From: Eledone cirrhosa
Taxonomy: Eukaryota
DNA: 64,000 bases
Direction of reading: 5' to 3'
Assembly (NCBI GenBank): GCA_964016885.1
Contig: OZ024761.1
Location: forward strand, 22,754,001 to 22,818,000
Shown piece after piece: positions 39,034 through 53,789 of the stretch; position 1 is the first letter of the stretch; each line of letters opens with the position of its first letter. The position numbers were made by a program, and so were the translations under genes. The notes beneath the pieces were generated by a model, which was not told the DNA's origin, ran no database searches, and saw only the letters and a program-made list of their open reading frames with translations.

Positions 39034-39439
39034 ATAATTATTTTGTGTTGTTTATTATATATATATATATATATATATTTAGGCCGTGGACCACATCATC
39101 CAGTCCTAAATAAATGAGGTTGTGTAGGTATCACGACAAAAAAACACACAGTCCACGCTGTAATGTGGCCGTGTAGGTAACGCGGTAAAAACCTTCCAGT
39201 CCACACTGCAAACGTGGTTGGTGTTAGGAAGGGCATCCAGCCGTAGAAAACCCGCCAGACAGTCCTATACGAGCAAGACAACCAATCTTGCCTCAAGTGG
39301 GACAATTCCCGTCCAGACCCATGCTAGCATGGAAAATGGACGTTATACGATGATGATGATGATATATATGATACGGTGTTGTAGATTGCTTGAAAATGAA
39401 AAGTGGGCATGTTTAGGAAGCTAAAGCAATAAGTCGGAA

Positions 39440-39790
39440 GGGAATTGGGGCCCAGAAGATCAATGAATGCAGAATCTGACACATTGCTGCACCAGCTCCT
39501 GCAATTCTTGCCTTCCATCACTCGTGAACACAGCTCCGAGATACTTGAACTTCTCCACCTGCTTCAGTGGAACTTCCTTCACATGTAGCGCGTGCACTGC
39601 GCAGCCTTCCTTGAGAGGATGAGTACCTCAGTTTTCGCAGCACTCTGCATGAAACCTAACGAGGCCATGTCGGAGATGACCTTCAATCGAGTTAGGTAAC
39701 ACCATGTCATCTGCAAATTCCAGCCGACTGATGTTACAGCCATCAGTATGATACCACTTCCAAGCTCGCTGTGTATGTCAATCCTGTTTA
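39440..39790 (-). mobile_element. Degenerate RTE-like reverse transcriptase fragment
   Basis: ISRLEFADDMV, AKTEVLILSRK, LKQVEKFKYLG across frameshifts. Confidence 0.7.
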
Positions 39791-40396
39791 TGCACTGTAC
39801 AGGCTTCCTTGTCTCAAATGAGGTCCTTCCGAAGAGTCTTTAGACTAATGTTACTGTATAGGTTGCATAGTTCGGAGATGAAGGAGACATTTATTTATGT
39901 TACAGGTGCTAAATGATGAAATAACAAAGGTTTGGCTGCAAGAGAGGAGACTGTGATGTGTATGAAGGGTGACAGCTGTACAAAAAAGGTGTAGGTGGGA
40001 TGAAGTGATAAAAGCAGACATTGCACAATTACATCCTGTAAAGTGGACATGACAGTGACACAACAAAAACACCCACCCCAACCTGCGAAGGGGTCATGTT
40101 GGAGACACGACAAAAAATGTCCAGCTCAACCTGTGAAGGGGTTGCGACAAAAGTGCCCAGTCCACATTGTAAATGTAGAGTTGCTTGTTTCTACAGTAGG
40201 GTGTCCTGACCATAGTAGTAGTTTAGAATTTAACTAAAACACAGTAAAAATATGTTTACTCCAAATTACTTACCTTCACTTAAGTTTACCAATGTTATTT
40301 ATGTAGATATACACAGGATTTACATTTGGAATTCCTCATTACTGTAGGAAGTAGTGATGTATTGTTGCACCTTACATTACCATGAATATACATTAA

Positions 40397-40595
40397 CCCT
40401 TTAGCGTTTACATTACTCTATATTTACTATTATATTTTCACGATAAAGGCTTTACCTCACATAATATGGAATCTATGAGATTTTAATATTATTTATTTTG
40501 AGAACAATACCTTAATATAAATATGAGAGGCCAGTTTAAACAGAAAGAGGTGAGCGAATTCAAGCCTGGATACGGCCAATTTAAATGCTAAAGGG
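40397..40595 (+). mobile_element. piggyBac-like MITE
   Basis: TTAA flanks, same TIR. Confidence 0.8.
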
Positions 40596-41019
40596 TTAAT
40601 CAGTTTCCAATAGCTGGTGCAGTGCTATTCTATATGCTTTACTGTGTCTCCATCATGACAGTTCAGTGAGTCTTTGAAATGTTTGACAGTACCTATCTCC
40701 TCTCCAAGTGTCCCATCCCTCACTAAGTTCAGCATGCCACCATCTGGGTGTAGTGTACCAGTGTACCGGTGTATCCGTCCTTCACTAACATATAGAACAC
40801 AAATAAAAATATCAGTTTAATTAACAGTTTATGTATTATTCACATTAGTTAACATATTAATTGTCTTCCACTAATAAATGTCATTAATGTGGCTGGACTG
40901 ACGTCTAGATGGAGGTAAGTAATCATACTTTTAATCTGTCGAAGATGATCTTCTGCTGAGTTGGGTAACACCATATTGTCTGGAAATTCCAGAATGGGAG
41001 ATAATGTGTTATATGAAAT

Positions 41020-41185
41020 GTGTTGGAGGAAGTAATGTGTTATGTGAAGTGTGTTGGGGGAAGTAATGTGTTATATGAAGTGTGTTGGGGGAAATAATGT
41101 GTTATATGAAGTGTGTTGGGGGAAATAATGTGTTATGTGAAGTGTGTTGGGGGAAGTAATGTGTTATGTGAAATGTGTTAGGGGA
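41020..41185. repeat. 30-bp minisatellite right after the Ig-gene stop codon
   Basis: taatgtgttatgtgaagtgtgttggggaag about 5.5 copies. Confidence 0.85.
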
Positions 41186-44100
41186 AATATGCCGTTGTTA
41201 TGTAGAACATGGCGAGAACTACACACAAACGGTTGACAGTTGTCCAAAGATTTTTAGCAAAGTGTGGAGTAGCGTGAGAGCTCTCTGGTGTAGTGTGAGA
41301 GCTCTCTGGTGTAGTGTGAGAGCTCTCTGGTGTAGTGTGAGAGCTCTCTGGTGTCGGTACTAGGGAGACTGTAGTTAAACCTTCACTCTGTGTCGATACA
41401 TTATTGAATGATGTTATCATTGAAGTCATCTCTGTTGTGGATGATGGCAAAGTTGGTTCAGTTTCACACTCTGTTGTATCGAGAGGGTCTGAAAAAAAAT
41501 TGAGGAAAAAAAAAACCTATTAGACATGAAGATAAACAAACAAACAAGCAAACAAACAAAAAAAACCAACAAAAAACAAATGATTTAAGTCTCTGCACCC
41601 CCCCCCCCCCCCCAAAAAAAAACACGAAAAAAAAAACAACTCCCTAAAATATTTCACATGTAAGGTTTGAACCTTGATATTTTACTAACCAGGTGATTAT
41701 GTTACCAATGTTATATATATAATACAGTAAACATAAATATAGGGGTTACCCTACTTGTAGGGCTGGACGGACATTGAACCCAATCATAATTGTTTCTATT
41801 TTTGGCACGAGACCAACAATTACAGTGTGGACTGGGAGCCTTTTTACTGTGTCTCCTACACGACCACTATACAGTGTGGACTGGGAGCCTTTTTACTGTG
41901 TCTCCTACACGACCACTTTACAGTGTGGACTGGGAGTCTTTTTACTGTGTCTCCTACACGACCATTTTACAGTGTGGACTGGGAGCCTTTTTACTGTGTC
42001 TCCTACACGACCACTTTACAGTGTGGACTGGGAGCCTTTTTACTGTGTCTCCTACACGACCACTTTACAGTGTGGACTGGAAGCCTTTTTACTGTGTCTC
42101 CTACACGACCACTTTACAGTGTGGACTGGGAGCCTTTTTACTGTGTCTCCTACACGACCACTTTACAGTGTGGACTGGAAGCCTTTTTACTGTGTCTCCT
42201 ACATGACCACTTTACAGTGTGGACTGGGAGTTTTTTTACTGTGTCTCCTACACGACCACTTTACAGTGTGGACTGGAAGCCATTTTACTGTGTCTCCTAC
42301 ACGACCACTTTACAGTGTGGACTGGAAGCCATTTTACTGTGTCTCCTACACGACCACTTTACAGTGTGGACTGGAAGCCATTTTACTGTGTCTCCTACAC
42401 GACCACTTTACAGTGTGGACTGAGAGCCTTTTTACCGTGTCTCCTACACGACTATACAGTGTGGACTGGGTGCCTTTTGTCGTGTCACCACCACAACCTC
42501 TTTACAGTGGACGGAAATGGGAGAATGGAGTAGGGTGTGTGGGGTGGGGTGTTATATATAATAAAGTAAACATAAACATAGGGGTTACATTACAATATAG
42601 CCCTTTCCCCATATTTGCTAGATGTGCAACTAAATTTGAAATTAGAGAGCAGACCTCAGATCGTGGAGCTGATGGAGGAGATAACGAAAGACTGTGACAA
42701 GTGGAGAGATGCTGTGCTGAATAGGACCCGTCCCACCCTTGCAAGCAGGGAAAAGCGGACGTAAAATGATGATGATAATGATGATGATAACATAAAAACA
42801 TTGAGGGTTAATTTACTCACTTTTGATGTGTATATAAATACTTCTGGTGTTATTGTAAAACTCAGTTTGGCAGACATACTCTCCTTCATAAGACTCATTC
42901 ATTCTTCGAATCCGGAGTTTAGCTTTCTGTTGGAAATGGATTACACTGATTCTGAAATATAGAGACACTGGGATTATATTGTGGACAGCTAAGGTAGCTA
43001 AGGTCACCGCAGTTAAAGCAGAAACCCAGTCGATGACCATGGCTGTAGCCTGATGAGCTTTGGCAATGCTCAACATTTACAAAAAAGGCCTCCGGTATAT
43101 ATATATATATCATCATCATCATCATCATCATCATCATTTTACGTCCGCTTTTCCCTGCTTGCAAGGGTGGGACGGGTCCTATTCAGTACAGCATCTCTCC
43201 ACTGGTCACGGTCCTTCGTACTTGTCATGGAGGGTCATATTGTTATAATATTGCCAAAAATAATAATAAAACACACTCACTGTTTGGTTCGGGTTGGTTT
43301 TCGCTTCTGTATCTTTTATATCTCCATGGTAATCAATGTTTATCATTGATTGACCAGTGGTTAAAAATACAGATATAAATATATATATAGTCTATCAAAG
43401 TTCTTTCATCACACATCTGTGACATCATCAGTGGTACTATTATGTTTCCTCCCGTTGTATTGTAATGCCTACGCCATTTTTTATTTGTTTATTTATTTAT
43501 TCTTGTCTCTGACCCTGCCCAAGCAAACACCTATATATATATATATATATATATATAATCTCTTACATATATGATTTCTTATATAGGCACAAGGCCAGCA
43601 ATTTTGGGGGGAGGGGGAAGTCGATTAAATCGACCCCAGTGCGTATCTGGTACTTTATTTTATCGATCCCCGTAAGGATGAAGGGCAAAGTTAATCTCGG
43701 CGGGATTTGAACTCAGAATGGCAAGGGCCGTAACTCTTTGCTGCAAAGCATGGCGTCCGGCCCTCTACCGATACTGCCAATCCACCGCCCTAATATATAT
43801 ATATATATACACACATGTATGTATGTATATATATATACACACACATATATATATACATACATGTATATATAAATATATATACATACATGTACATATATAT
43901 ATATATATATATACATGTATGTATGTATATATATTTATATATACATATATATATATAATAACTGTCTGCAAGATACACAATATATACACACAAATATATT
44001 TACATATATACACATACATGTTCTGTCACACAAACTTACACAGATTCACATTTACATAGTTATGTAATTGTTTCTACTTTTGGCACAAGGCCAGCAATTC

Positions 44101-44206
44101 CCCCAGTGTATTACTGGTACTTTATTTTATCGACCCCGTAAGGATGAAAGGCAAAGTCAACCTCGGCGGGATTTTAACTCAGACCGTACATGCCAATAAT
44201 AGATAT

Positions 44207-44246
<40 letters not shown>

Positions 44247-44490
44247 ATGCACCAACAGACACACACCCACACACACACACCAACAGACACACACCCTCAT
44301 TCCAAACACACACACACACACACACACACGTGTATGTTTGTTTTCACATTCTATCCACCTACGCATGTTCCCCATTCACAGACACTCACACACATACGCA
44401 CACACAAGACATCCCATTCACACACACTCACACACATACACACACACACGACATCCCATTCACAGACACTCACACACATACAAGACATCC

Positions 44491-44525
<35 letters not shown>

Positions 44526-44643
44526 AAATTGAAGAATACACAACAAAATAGGAATGGTTTTACTCAAACAAGAAAGTCTTGTCAGGCTGGGGTTACAGTA
44601 AGAAATATGGAGGAATGTGCGTGTGTGTGTGTATATATATATA

Positions 44644-44686
<43 letters not shown>

Positions 44687-44787
44687 ATATATATATATGT
44701 GTGTGTGTATATATATATATATATGTGTGTGTGTATATATATATATATATGTGTGTGTGTGTATATATATATATATATGTGTGTGTG

Positions 44788-44838
<51 letters not shown>

Positions 44839-44847
44839 GTGTGTGTG

Positions 44848-44882
<35 letters not shown>

Positions 44883-44955
44883 ATGTATATATATGTGTGT
44901 GTGTGTATATATATATGTGTGTGTGTGTATATATATATATGTGTGTATATATATA

Positions 44956-45002
<47 letters not shown>

Positions 45003-45155
45003 ATATATATGTGTGTATATATATATATGTATGTGTGTGTGTGTGTATATATATATATATGTGTGTATATATATGTGTGTCTATATATATGTGTGTATAT
45101 ATATATGTGTGTATATATATGTGTGTGTGTGTATATATATATGTGTGTATGTGTA

Positions 45156-45202
<47 letters not shown>

Positions 45203-45211
45203 ATATATATA

Positions 45212-45268
<57 letters not shown>

Positions 45269-46081
45269 ATAAACTCTGTACTATAAAGAATGTAGGAATC
45301 TTAAACACTGGAAATAAGTGTAAACAGCTTAGAAAATCGGGTGAAAACAAACCCTATCAACGAAATATCATCATCATCGTTTAACGTCTATCTTCCACGC
45401 TAGCATGGGTTAGACAGGAGTTGTCCCACTTAAGGCAAGGCTGGTCGGGTGACCGTGTCTCGCTCGTATAGGACTGTCTGGCAGGTTTTCTATGGCTGGA
45501 TGCCCTTCCTAACACCAACCACATTTACAGTGTGGAACTGGGAACCTTTTGCCGTGTTACCTATACGGCCACATTACAGTGTGGACTGTGTGTTTTTTTG
45601 TTGTGACACCTACACGACCTCATTAGTTTGGACTGGATGTTGATATATATATATATATGTATATATATACATATTGTTATACTTTGGGAGGGTCATGTTG
45701 CCAATAAGAAACACACGCACCAGTTGCATTCACTTCAATTTATTATAAATTAAATTTAAGAATTTATAAATTTCCGGTTGGTTGGTTGGTTCCACAACCA
45801 GACGGTTGTTCATATATTGTCAAAGTTCTTTCGTCACACATTCTGTGACCTCTTCAGTGACTGGGGATTCTTTTCTTTGTTTTTGTGCCTCTCCTTTGTT
45901 CTGTCCTACGCCATCTTGTTTTTGTGTGTGTTGTGTGCTTAGTTTGCGCATGTGTTACATCCGGGTGTCTGTGTGTGTTTATATTTGTTTATTTACATGT
46001 TACATGACCCTCCCAAAGTATAACAATATCGGTTTCAACACACGTTTTCAGATAAAGAATCTTGCTAAACGAATTCAGAAA

Positions 46082-46155
<74 letters not shown>

Positions 46156-47036
46156 CTATATATATATATATATGTAAAAGGTAAACAGAAATAACAACAC
46201 AATCGGTACAGTATATGGAAGGGATATATTAGGTTAACGCTTGATATAGCAGGAAGAGGGTCTTAACGTTTCGGACGCTAGTCCTTCATCAGAAGAAAGA
46301 ATGAGAAATAAAATAGATTAAGGGGACGGGCGGGGTGGAATTGGAAAAAATGTCTTTAGATAAAAAATAGCAGGTCCATTCAGGTTGACATACATGCCAA
46401 CATGCCACTTACGATTCAGTGTAGTCATTAATCTTTTGTCCATGTCTTCTCCATGTGACATCTTCAAATCTGTAATTACACTTGCCGACTTCACAGCTCA
46501 CCTCCACCATCTCGTTGGTAGGGACCCACACTGCTTGTTCCTTGACTACTGGGACACAGTTCTCCACACCTTCACACACAGCTATGGAGAGAACTGAAAA
46601 AAAAAAAAAAAAAATTTTATTTCTACTATACGCACAAGGCCAGCAATTTTGGGGGAGGGGAAAGTCTATTAAATCTAAAAAGTCAATTAAAGGCAATTAA
46701 ATCAACCCCAGTACGTTACTGGTACTTTATTTTATCCACCCCCGTAAGGATAAAAGGCAAAGTTAACCTCGGCGGGATTTGAACTCAGACCGTAAAGGGC
46801 TGTAACTCCATGCTGGAACTGAAAAAAAAAATCTAGTATAGGCACAAGGCCAGTAATAGAGGGGGAGTCGATTAAATCGACCCCAGTACGTTACTGGTAC
46901 TTTATTTTATCGATCCCTGTAAGGATGAAAGGCAGAGTTAAACTTGGCGGGATTTGAACTCAGAATGGCAAGGGCCGTAACTCTGTGCTACAAAGCATGG
47001 CGTCCGTCTCTCTACCGATACTGCCAATCCACCGCC

Positions 47037-47078
<42 letters not shown>

Positions 47079-47090
47079 TACACATGTATG

Positions 47091-47139
<49 letters not shown>

Positions 47140-47140
47140 G

Positions 47141-47182
<42 letters not shown>

Positions 47183-47561
47183 TACATACATGTGTATATA
47201 TATATATATATATACACATGTATGTATGTATATATATTTATATATACATGTATGTATGTATATATATTTATATATACATATATATATATATATATACATG
47301 TATGTATGTATATATTATATATACATATATATATATAAATATATATAAATGTATGTATGTATATATATTTATATATACATATATATATAAATGTATGTAT
47401 GTATGTATATATATTTATATATACATGTATGTATATATATTTATATATACATATACATATACATGTATGTATGTATATATATTTATATATACATATATAT
47501 ATACATGTATGTATATATGTTTGTATATACATATATATACATATATATATATACATGTATG

Positions 47562-47594
<33 letters not shown>

Positions 47595-47673
47595 ATATAT
47601 ATTTATATATATATATACATGTATGTATGTATATATATTTATATATACATATACACATGTATGTATATATATG

Positions 47674-47704
<31 letters not shown>

Positions 47705-47871
47705 GTATATATACCCAAGACTACAATATGTTATATCAAGTGTTGCTATATTTATGTAACAATGAACAATACATAAGAGAATAATAATTTTGTTTTGAGA
47801 TTAAATTAGATTAAATATAGATGTGTTTAGTTTTTAAGGTTAGCACACACACACTCATATATATATATATA

Positions 47872-47908
<37 letters not shown>

Positions 47909-48297
47909 GCAAACGTGTTTTATATATGTATACATATATGTGTGTGTGTGTATGTATGTGTGTATATATATATATATATCATTTCATTTCATTTTGCTTG
48001 CAAGGGTGGGACTGGAACTGATTCTGGCTTGATTTCTACAGCTGGATGCCCTTCCTAACATATATATATATATTTAAATATATATATTTAATATATATTT
48101 AATATATATATTTATTATATATATTTATTATATATATATATTTATTATATATTTATTAAATATATATATTTATTATATATTTATTATATATATTTATTAT
48201 ATATATTTATTTAATATATATTTATTATATATATTTAATATATATTTAATATATTTAATATATATTTAAATATATATATTTATATATATATATGAAA

Positions 48298-48332
<35 letters not shown>

Positions 48333-48951
48333 ATAAATATTTGCATGCATATATGTAACATCATCATCATGGTTTGACGTCCATCTTCCACGCTAGCATG
48401 GGTTAGACGGTAGTTGTCCCACTTGAGGCAAGGTTGGTCAGGTGACCATGTCTCGCTCGTGTAGGACTATCTGGCAGGTTTTCTACGGCTGGATGCCCTT
48501 CCTAACACCAACCACATTTACAGTGTGGACTGGGAGCCTTTTTACCGTGTTACCTACACAGCCACATTACAGTGTGGACTGTGTTTTTGTTGTGACACCT
48601 ACACAACCTCATTAGTTTGGACTGGATGTTGTGGTACCAACATAACTTTACAGAGAAAAGGGTGGTGTTGGTGGGAGTGGGAGGATGGAGTAGGGGTAGT
48701 GGGTTGGGGTGTATGTTTGGTTAAGAGGTGTCTACTATGTATATGTAAATATATATATATATATATACATATATATGCAGAAATGTATACATATATATAT
48801 ATACATAAATATATATATACACACACACACACAGAAACACATATATATGTGATGTATGTGTGTGTACTAACATGTGTTTTATATATATATATATAATTAT
48901 AAGTTTGAAGAATAGCCAGACAATATTTATCCAATCTTTTTCTCCTTAGTC

Positions 48952-48991
<40 letters not shown>

Positions 48992-49328
48992 AGGGTGTTA
49001 AAGTTTGCTTGAAGCATTGTGAAATGTGTAAAATATGTAGTTTAGAAAGCCACAACATTGCAGATGGGAAATCTCGAGGTAAGAAGTGAATGAGAAATAG
49101 GAGAAAAGTGAAAATGAAAATGAAAACAAAACAAAGGTAGAAGGGTTACCGTAGAGGAGATTTAATCCCAATATTTCGAAATATTGGGATTAAATCTCCA
49201 CTACGGTAACCCTTCTACCTTTGTTTTTTTTTCATTTTCATTTTCACTTTTCTCCTATTTCTCACTCACTTCTTACCTCGAGATTTCCCATCTGCATTGT
49301 TGTGGCTTTCTAAACTACATATTTTATA

Positions 49329-49359
<31 letters not shown>

Positions 49360-49904
49360 TTATACACAAGGTGTGTCAGAAAAGTTCCAGGACTGATGTC
49401 ACAAAAGATTTATTTCAAACCCAAACTTCACACTAAGAGTTTTCTCCTTCAAATGAGCTGGCCATGAATGGGGACAGCGTCTGGAAGATTCTCACTGAAG
49501 ATTTGGACATGCGGAAAGTCTGGGCGAAGATGGTGCCAAAACTGCTGAACGATGACCAGAAGGGTCGACGCATGCAAGTGTTCCAGGACATCCTCGAGCA
49601 TCTTGAAACTGAACCAGACTTGGAAGGGACAGTCATCACCGGTGGTGAGTCATGGATCTTCGAGTACGACCCGGAGGGGACCTGTTTTGAAGACGTGGAC
49701 GACATGAAAAAGGCCGTGACGACGGAACTGCGGAGGATCTCGGAAGAATCCTTCCATGAGTGCATGCAGGCGTGGCAGAAAAGGATGGAAAAAGGCATTA
49801 GATTCCAGGGGGATTACTTTGAAGGAGAAAACTCTTAGTGTGAAGTTTGGGTTTGAAATAAATCATTTGTGACATCAGTCCTGGAACCTTTCTGACACAC
49901 CTCG

Positions 49905-49969
<65 letters not shown>

Positions 49970-51269
49970 ATGTATATATATATACATCCAAACATATATG
50001 TATATATATACATTCAAACATATATATATATATATGTATTTATTTTCTTGATTTATTCTTAAATTGAGTCTGGCAAACCCTATTGTCTATAGTTGGTATT
50101 CTTTCCACCTTAGCGAATCTGGTCCCTTACGATTTGAACACATATATGTATATATCTGTGTTTGTTTTTCTTTTATATTCAATTATAATACAGGGCTCGG
50201 AAAAATCTCTTTCCTAGAGCTATTTTATTGTAAGAGACTTTTTTGAGTTTCTAACCTTTGATATATGCAGGAATTTATACATACATAAATACACACAAAT
50301 ACACACATATATATATTTATACACAGGAATTTATTAGATATATGATGTGGTTAACAGGAAACAGTTTACAATTTAATAGAAACAGACTAAAATTCTTTAA
50401 ATCCAATTGTTTGACCGCGGTCATGCTGGGGCACGTTCTTAGATAGGTTTTAGTCGTTTTTCATGGTACAGGTCCACTTGGATATAATTGTTTCTATTTT
50501 AGACTCATGACCATCAATTTTGGGGCAGGGGAAAGTTGGTGAAATCGACCCCAGTGGGTTACTGGTACTTTATTTTCTCGACCCCCGCAAGGATGAAAGG
50601 CAAAACTAACCTCGGTGGGACTTGAACCTATGTCATAAAGCATAATCTCCGACGCTCTACCAATTACTGCTAATCTACACACTAGTATGTCCTAACTGTT
50701 TCTACTTTTGGCTCAAGGCCAGCAATTACCCCAGTGCATTACTGGAAATTTATTTTATTGACCCCCCCGTAAGGATGAAAGGCAAAGTTAACCTCGGCGG
50801 GATTTGAACTCAGATCATAAAGGGAGGTAACTCTATGCTTCAAAGCATGGTGCCCGACCCTCTACCAAATCTGCCAATCCATCACAATGCTTGTATTAAC
50901 TGTTCTATCCGTCTCTCACACAAACACGAAACTCTTACATCAATGTCCTAAAATTTTCACTTAGATTTTAGGGATCGCAAATGTAAAATTAGAAATTGGG
51001 AAATGTTTCTGGTGGTGGTATGAGTGGGCAAGGAATAAATCTTTTAAAGGGTTTCTATCCATCCACTCACTCACTTATCCCCCCCCCACACACTAACTTT
51101 ATGAATATATATATAGTATTAACTATACTATTTATGGTTATGTAAATACAAAAACCTTTTGCAGTTATATATATTTTTATACAAACCCTAATATTACTGA
51201 ATATATATACTCTTTTACTCTTTTACCTGTTTCAGCCATCTGGCTGAGGCCATGCTGGGGCACCGCCCT

Positions 51270-51351
<82 letters not shown>

Positions 51352-51360
51352 TTATATAAA

Positions 51361-51392
<32 letters not shown>

Positions 51393-51647
51393 GACTTAGT
51401 GGGAAGTACTAGAGATGGTGAGATCCTGGCCCAGGGGTTCAATCCTTGCTGGGAGATATACATAAGGTGTCCTATTAATATGGGGCAGAGAACGCAGGGC
51501 CCCTGAGTCCAGTAAGACAACCTTTCTAGTGCTGGTGGCATGAATAAAAGCACTCAGTCCATGCTGTAAAGTGGTGCTGGTGTTAGGAAGGGCACCCAAC
51601 CAGTGTATTAATGCCAAAACAATTATGAGCACAACAACAAATTATGA

Positions 51648-51693
<46 letters not shown>

Positions 51694-51925
51694 ATAATAA
51701 TAAATTTGAAGACTAAAATCCAAAGAGGGTTCGATAAGGATAAATATATATCAGATATATAAGAACCGTAGAGCAAATATTTATTAAAATAACAGATTAA
51801 AGTTTAAGCAAAGAATCGCTGCTTTCACCCTTAACGGGATAGTTAGGTGCATGGTATGAAAATGCATCAATAAAAGGATACTCACAAATGATCCCATAGA
51901 AGATGTTGGATAATCCGTAATCCAT
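41178..51925 (-). CDS. Uncharacterised 220-aa single-Ig-domain cell-surface protein; exons 51925-51886, 46593-46413, 42951-42821, 41488-41178
   Basis: [22 protein letters not shown] signal-like; [33 protein letters not shown] (Ig C-W-YxC); S/T stalk with (TTPESSH)x4; hydrophobic tail [16 protein letters not shown]; GT-AG introns with phases 1,2,1 sum to 663 nt. Confidence 0.75.
41820..42510. repeat. 49-bp SINE-derived minisatellite (~14 copies)
   Basis: gtgtggactgggagcctttttactgtgtctcctacacgaccactttaca; reverse-complement homologue of the 48-bp unit. Confidence 0.92.
43393..43436 (-). ncRNA. Type I hammerhead ribozyme motif
   Basis: tacca CTGATGA tgtcac agatgt gtgat GAAA gaac TT tgata. Confidence 0.55.
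45819..45861 (-). ncRNA. Type I hammerhead ribozyme motif
   Basis: gtca CTGAAGA g gtcac agaatgt gtgac GAAA gaac TT tgac. Confidence 0.7.
46261..46296 (-). ncRNA. Minimal Penelope-type hammerhead ribozyme motif
   Basis: tctt CTGATGA a ggac tagc gtcc GAAAC GTT aaga; palindromic minimal stem III (aacgtt). Confidence 0.75.
49367..49904 (+). mobile_element. Second, more deleted copy of the mariner element
   Basis: Same TIRs and the same YDPE-GT deletion junction as 37936-38830. Confidence 0.9.
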
Positions 51926-52029
51926 GTATTACACAGCAGTTTATAATCCGGCAGATGGAATCTGGATGTGCTCTGGAACTTGAGTATCTGAGACAAATAT
52001 ATACAATGGTATATATATATATATATACG

Positions 52030-52119
<90 letters not shown>

Positions 52120-52560
52120 ATAAGGGTTGACGGACCCAGCATATTTATCAATGCCAGTGCCGGTTGTATCTCAGGGCACTCAATAGGCAATGTAAGATAC
52201 ATTACCAGAGTATACACATAGTTATTTGCCTCAACACAACACACGTAAAACGGGTGCCTATAAGGTTCCCGGACTCGAGTTTCTGCCGCACTAATGCAGC
52301 AGTAAGGTGCCCTCAACCATCTGTCTGCATATATTATGCAACAATGCACAATCGACTTATGCGACTTAATCAGCGGGTATCGCCTAATCAATAACCAATC
52401 GATATATATATATTTTTAATTATTGTACAATTCTCTTGCAATCTCTGTCACATCCATTCCACTCTATAAATACGAAACTGCTGTTGACAACATTAATATC
52501 CATGTATCTATATGATTGTTCAGTTGAATAGCAAGTTAATTATATGTCCAAACTTTGCTA

Positions 52561-52610
52561 ATGTTCTGATGATTCCAAACGAAAGTTTGGAAAAAACGAT
52601 TGTCAGCAAT
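52561..52610 (+). ncRNA. Degenerate hammerhead motif
   Basis: CTGATGA ttccaaac gaaa gtttggaa aAAAC gatt GTC agc; perfect 8-bp stem II but GAAA changed to AAAA. Confidence 0.4.
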
Positions 52611-52920
52611 AAAATGATTTGAACATAGCTTTGATTATTGTGTAATTTATAATTTATATACATATATATATATATATATATATAAGATATATATAAACTT
52701 AAGAAATTAACAAAGAGAGGACAAAACAACAAACGAAAACAAGGCAAAACACAAAAAAAAATAGCAATTTTTTAAAGAGAAATTAAAAAAAAAAATATTT
52801 TTCTAAATAAAAATACAAACAAAAGTATCAGAACTCCAGGAATTTGAGAGTCTGGAGCTCTGGTGCTTTTGGTTGTATGTTAAAAAATATTTTTTTTTAT
52901 GTAAACACACATATATATGT

Positions 52921-52972
<52 letters not shown>

Positions 52973-53049
52973 ATATATATATTATGTAAATATATATATA
53001 TTATGTATATATATATATTATGTATATATATATATCTATATATATATAC

Positions 53050-53090
<41 letters not shown>

Positions 53091-53117
53091 CACATATACA
53101 CACATATATATATACAC

Positions 53118-53161
<44 letters not shown>

Positions 53162-53166
53162 TATGT

Positions 53167-53207
<41 letters not shown>

Positions 53208-53276
53208 TACACACACACACACATATATACACATATATACACATATATATATACATACATACACATATATATATAT

Positions 53277-53331
<55 letters not shown>

Positions 53332-53789
53332 TATATATGTGAATGTGGAGGGGCGTGGATGACAGATAACATCAAGAAATTACATAATTCGAGTGGGTGC
53401 GACGATATGAATGGGGAAACAACAACCAGTTAACCCTCAGCCAGCCAACCAACCAACCGGCCAGCTAGCCATGTAGCCAACCAACCAACCAACCAGCCAG
53501 CCAGCTAACCGGTCAGCTAGCCATGTAACCAGCCAACCAGTTAACGAACCAGCCAGCCAGACAACTAACTCGGCAACCAACCAACCAGCCAATCAGCCAA
53601 CCAGCCAACCAACAACCAGCCAACCAGCCAGCCACCTGACATATGTTTATCACATAAAAAATATGTGAAAGACGTAGAAACCAATGTTATAAATTATAAA
53701 TTTTCACAAACCCGTTGATGCCTGTATAAAATAACGGCCAAAGGAGAACAAATTAACAGATGAACAGATAAACAGGGAGTTCCAAATTC

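Noticed and set aside
43050-43075. CTGATGA as a further hammerhead (also ~14352 and ~37870)
   Set aside because: No correctly placed GAAA-stem III-UH or stem I partner
50939-50947. 9-nt AG/GT-bounded microexon on the - strand in the Ig gene
   Set aside because: Inclusion would create an in-frame TGA; no other support
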